A stretch of 64,000 bases of DNA. Origin: Pavona decussata. Taxonomy: Eukaryota. Positions 63,538-64,000 of this stretch are shown here, piece after piece. Positions within the stretch are counted from its first letter, which is position 1, and each line of letters opens with the position of its first letter. The stretch spans positions 1 through 64,000 of the forward strand of contig CDRNST010000197.1 in the NCBI GenBank assembly GCA_977016875.1, read 5' to 3'. The notes below the pieces were generated by a model, which saw only the letters and a list, made by a program, of their open reading frames with translations, was not told where the DNA came from and searched no databases. The translations under genes and the position numbers were made by a program.

Positions 63538-64000
63538 CTATTGCCAAAATAAAGAACTGAAAAAGTAAAGTTTCAAAATTAATATTTTGCGTCCTTGACT
63601 AAGGACAAACTGCATTGGAACAACTGACTGACTGATCACCTTCTAAGTTCTCCTTACAATACCCCTTCTCTGATTTAGATCCTTAGAACAAAGGAAATCG
63701 TTCCTCCCCCACATGGGGGAGGAATGCATGACGAGCCCAAAGAGCGTCTTCGTAGGAGGCTGTAGTTATCGGGATACGCATGTTGACATTGGAACTTAAG
63801 GGTTAATAAAAGCAAGTTCTGTATATCTAAGATCAGTCCGTCAGTTCCTTAACGCAATCAATTGAATAATTACTGATGGTAAAGTCCGGATCAAGTGTCT
63901 GCCTGTTTTGTCAAGGCTTAAATATTCTAATCTTAAAAATAAAAGATGTTTGCTTCTTTTGCTTTGTTCTTTTGTGTTGTTTCTTTGTTTGTTTGTTCGT

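Overview
AT-rich, intron-rich animal genomic DNA. The repeat families and gene structure suggest a stony coral or related anthozoan (inference). I reconstructed two multi-exon minus-strand genes by hand from splice sites and phase. (1) The 5' part of an ADAMTS-family metalloprotease: 10 exons, 1165-7402, signal peptide through the start of the disintegrin-like domain, probably continuing off the left edge. (2) The 3' ~1855 codons of ADGRV1/VLGR1: 36 exons, 36811-63537, Calx-beta repeats, GAIN/GPS, 7TM and the C-terminal ...IADTHL PDZ-binding motif, continuing off the right edge. The ~29 kb between them is a transposon-rich intergenic zone. It holds an intact 4163-bp hAT transposon with TIRs, a perfect 8-bp TSD and a 919-aa transposase, two Penelope-like retroelement relics with degenerate minimal hammerhead ribozymes, a Crypton-derived relic, several MITEs and palindromes, and a spliced pseudogene/lncRNA candidate. 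It also holds one intact but apparently orphan 110-nt nicotinic acetylcholine receptor exon. The most unusual observations are that orphan exon, the hAT 5' regulatory architecture (E2F/CHR-like motifs plus a spliced uORF whose stop overlaps the transposase ATG), a candidate 42-nt cassette exon in the ADGRV1 GAIN domain, and a pair of convergent TATA/Inr-like modules. All calls are by eye, with no database searches.
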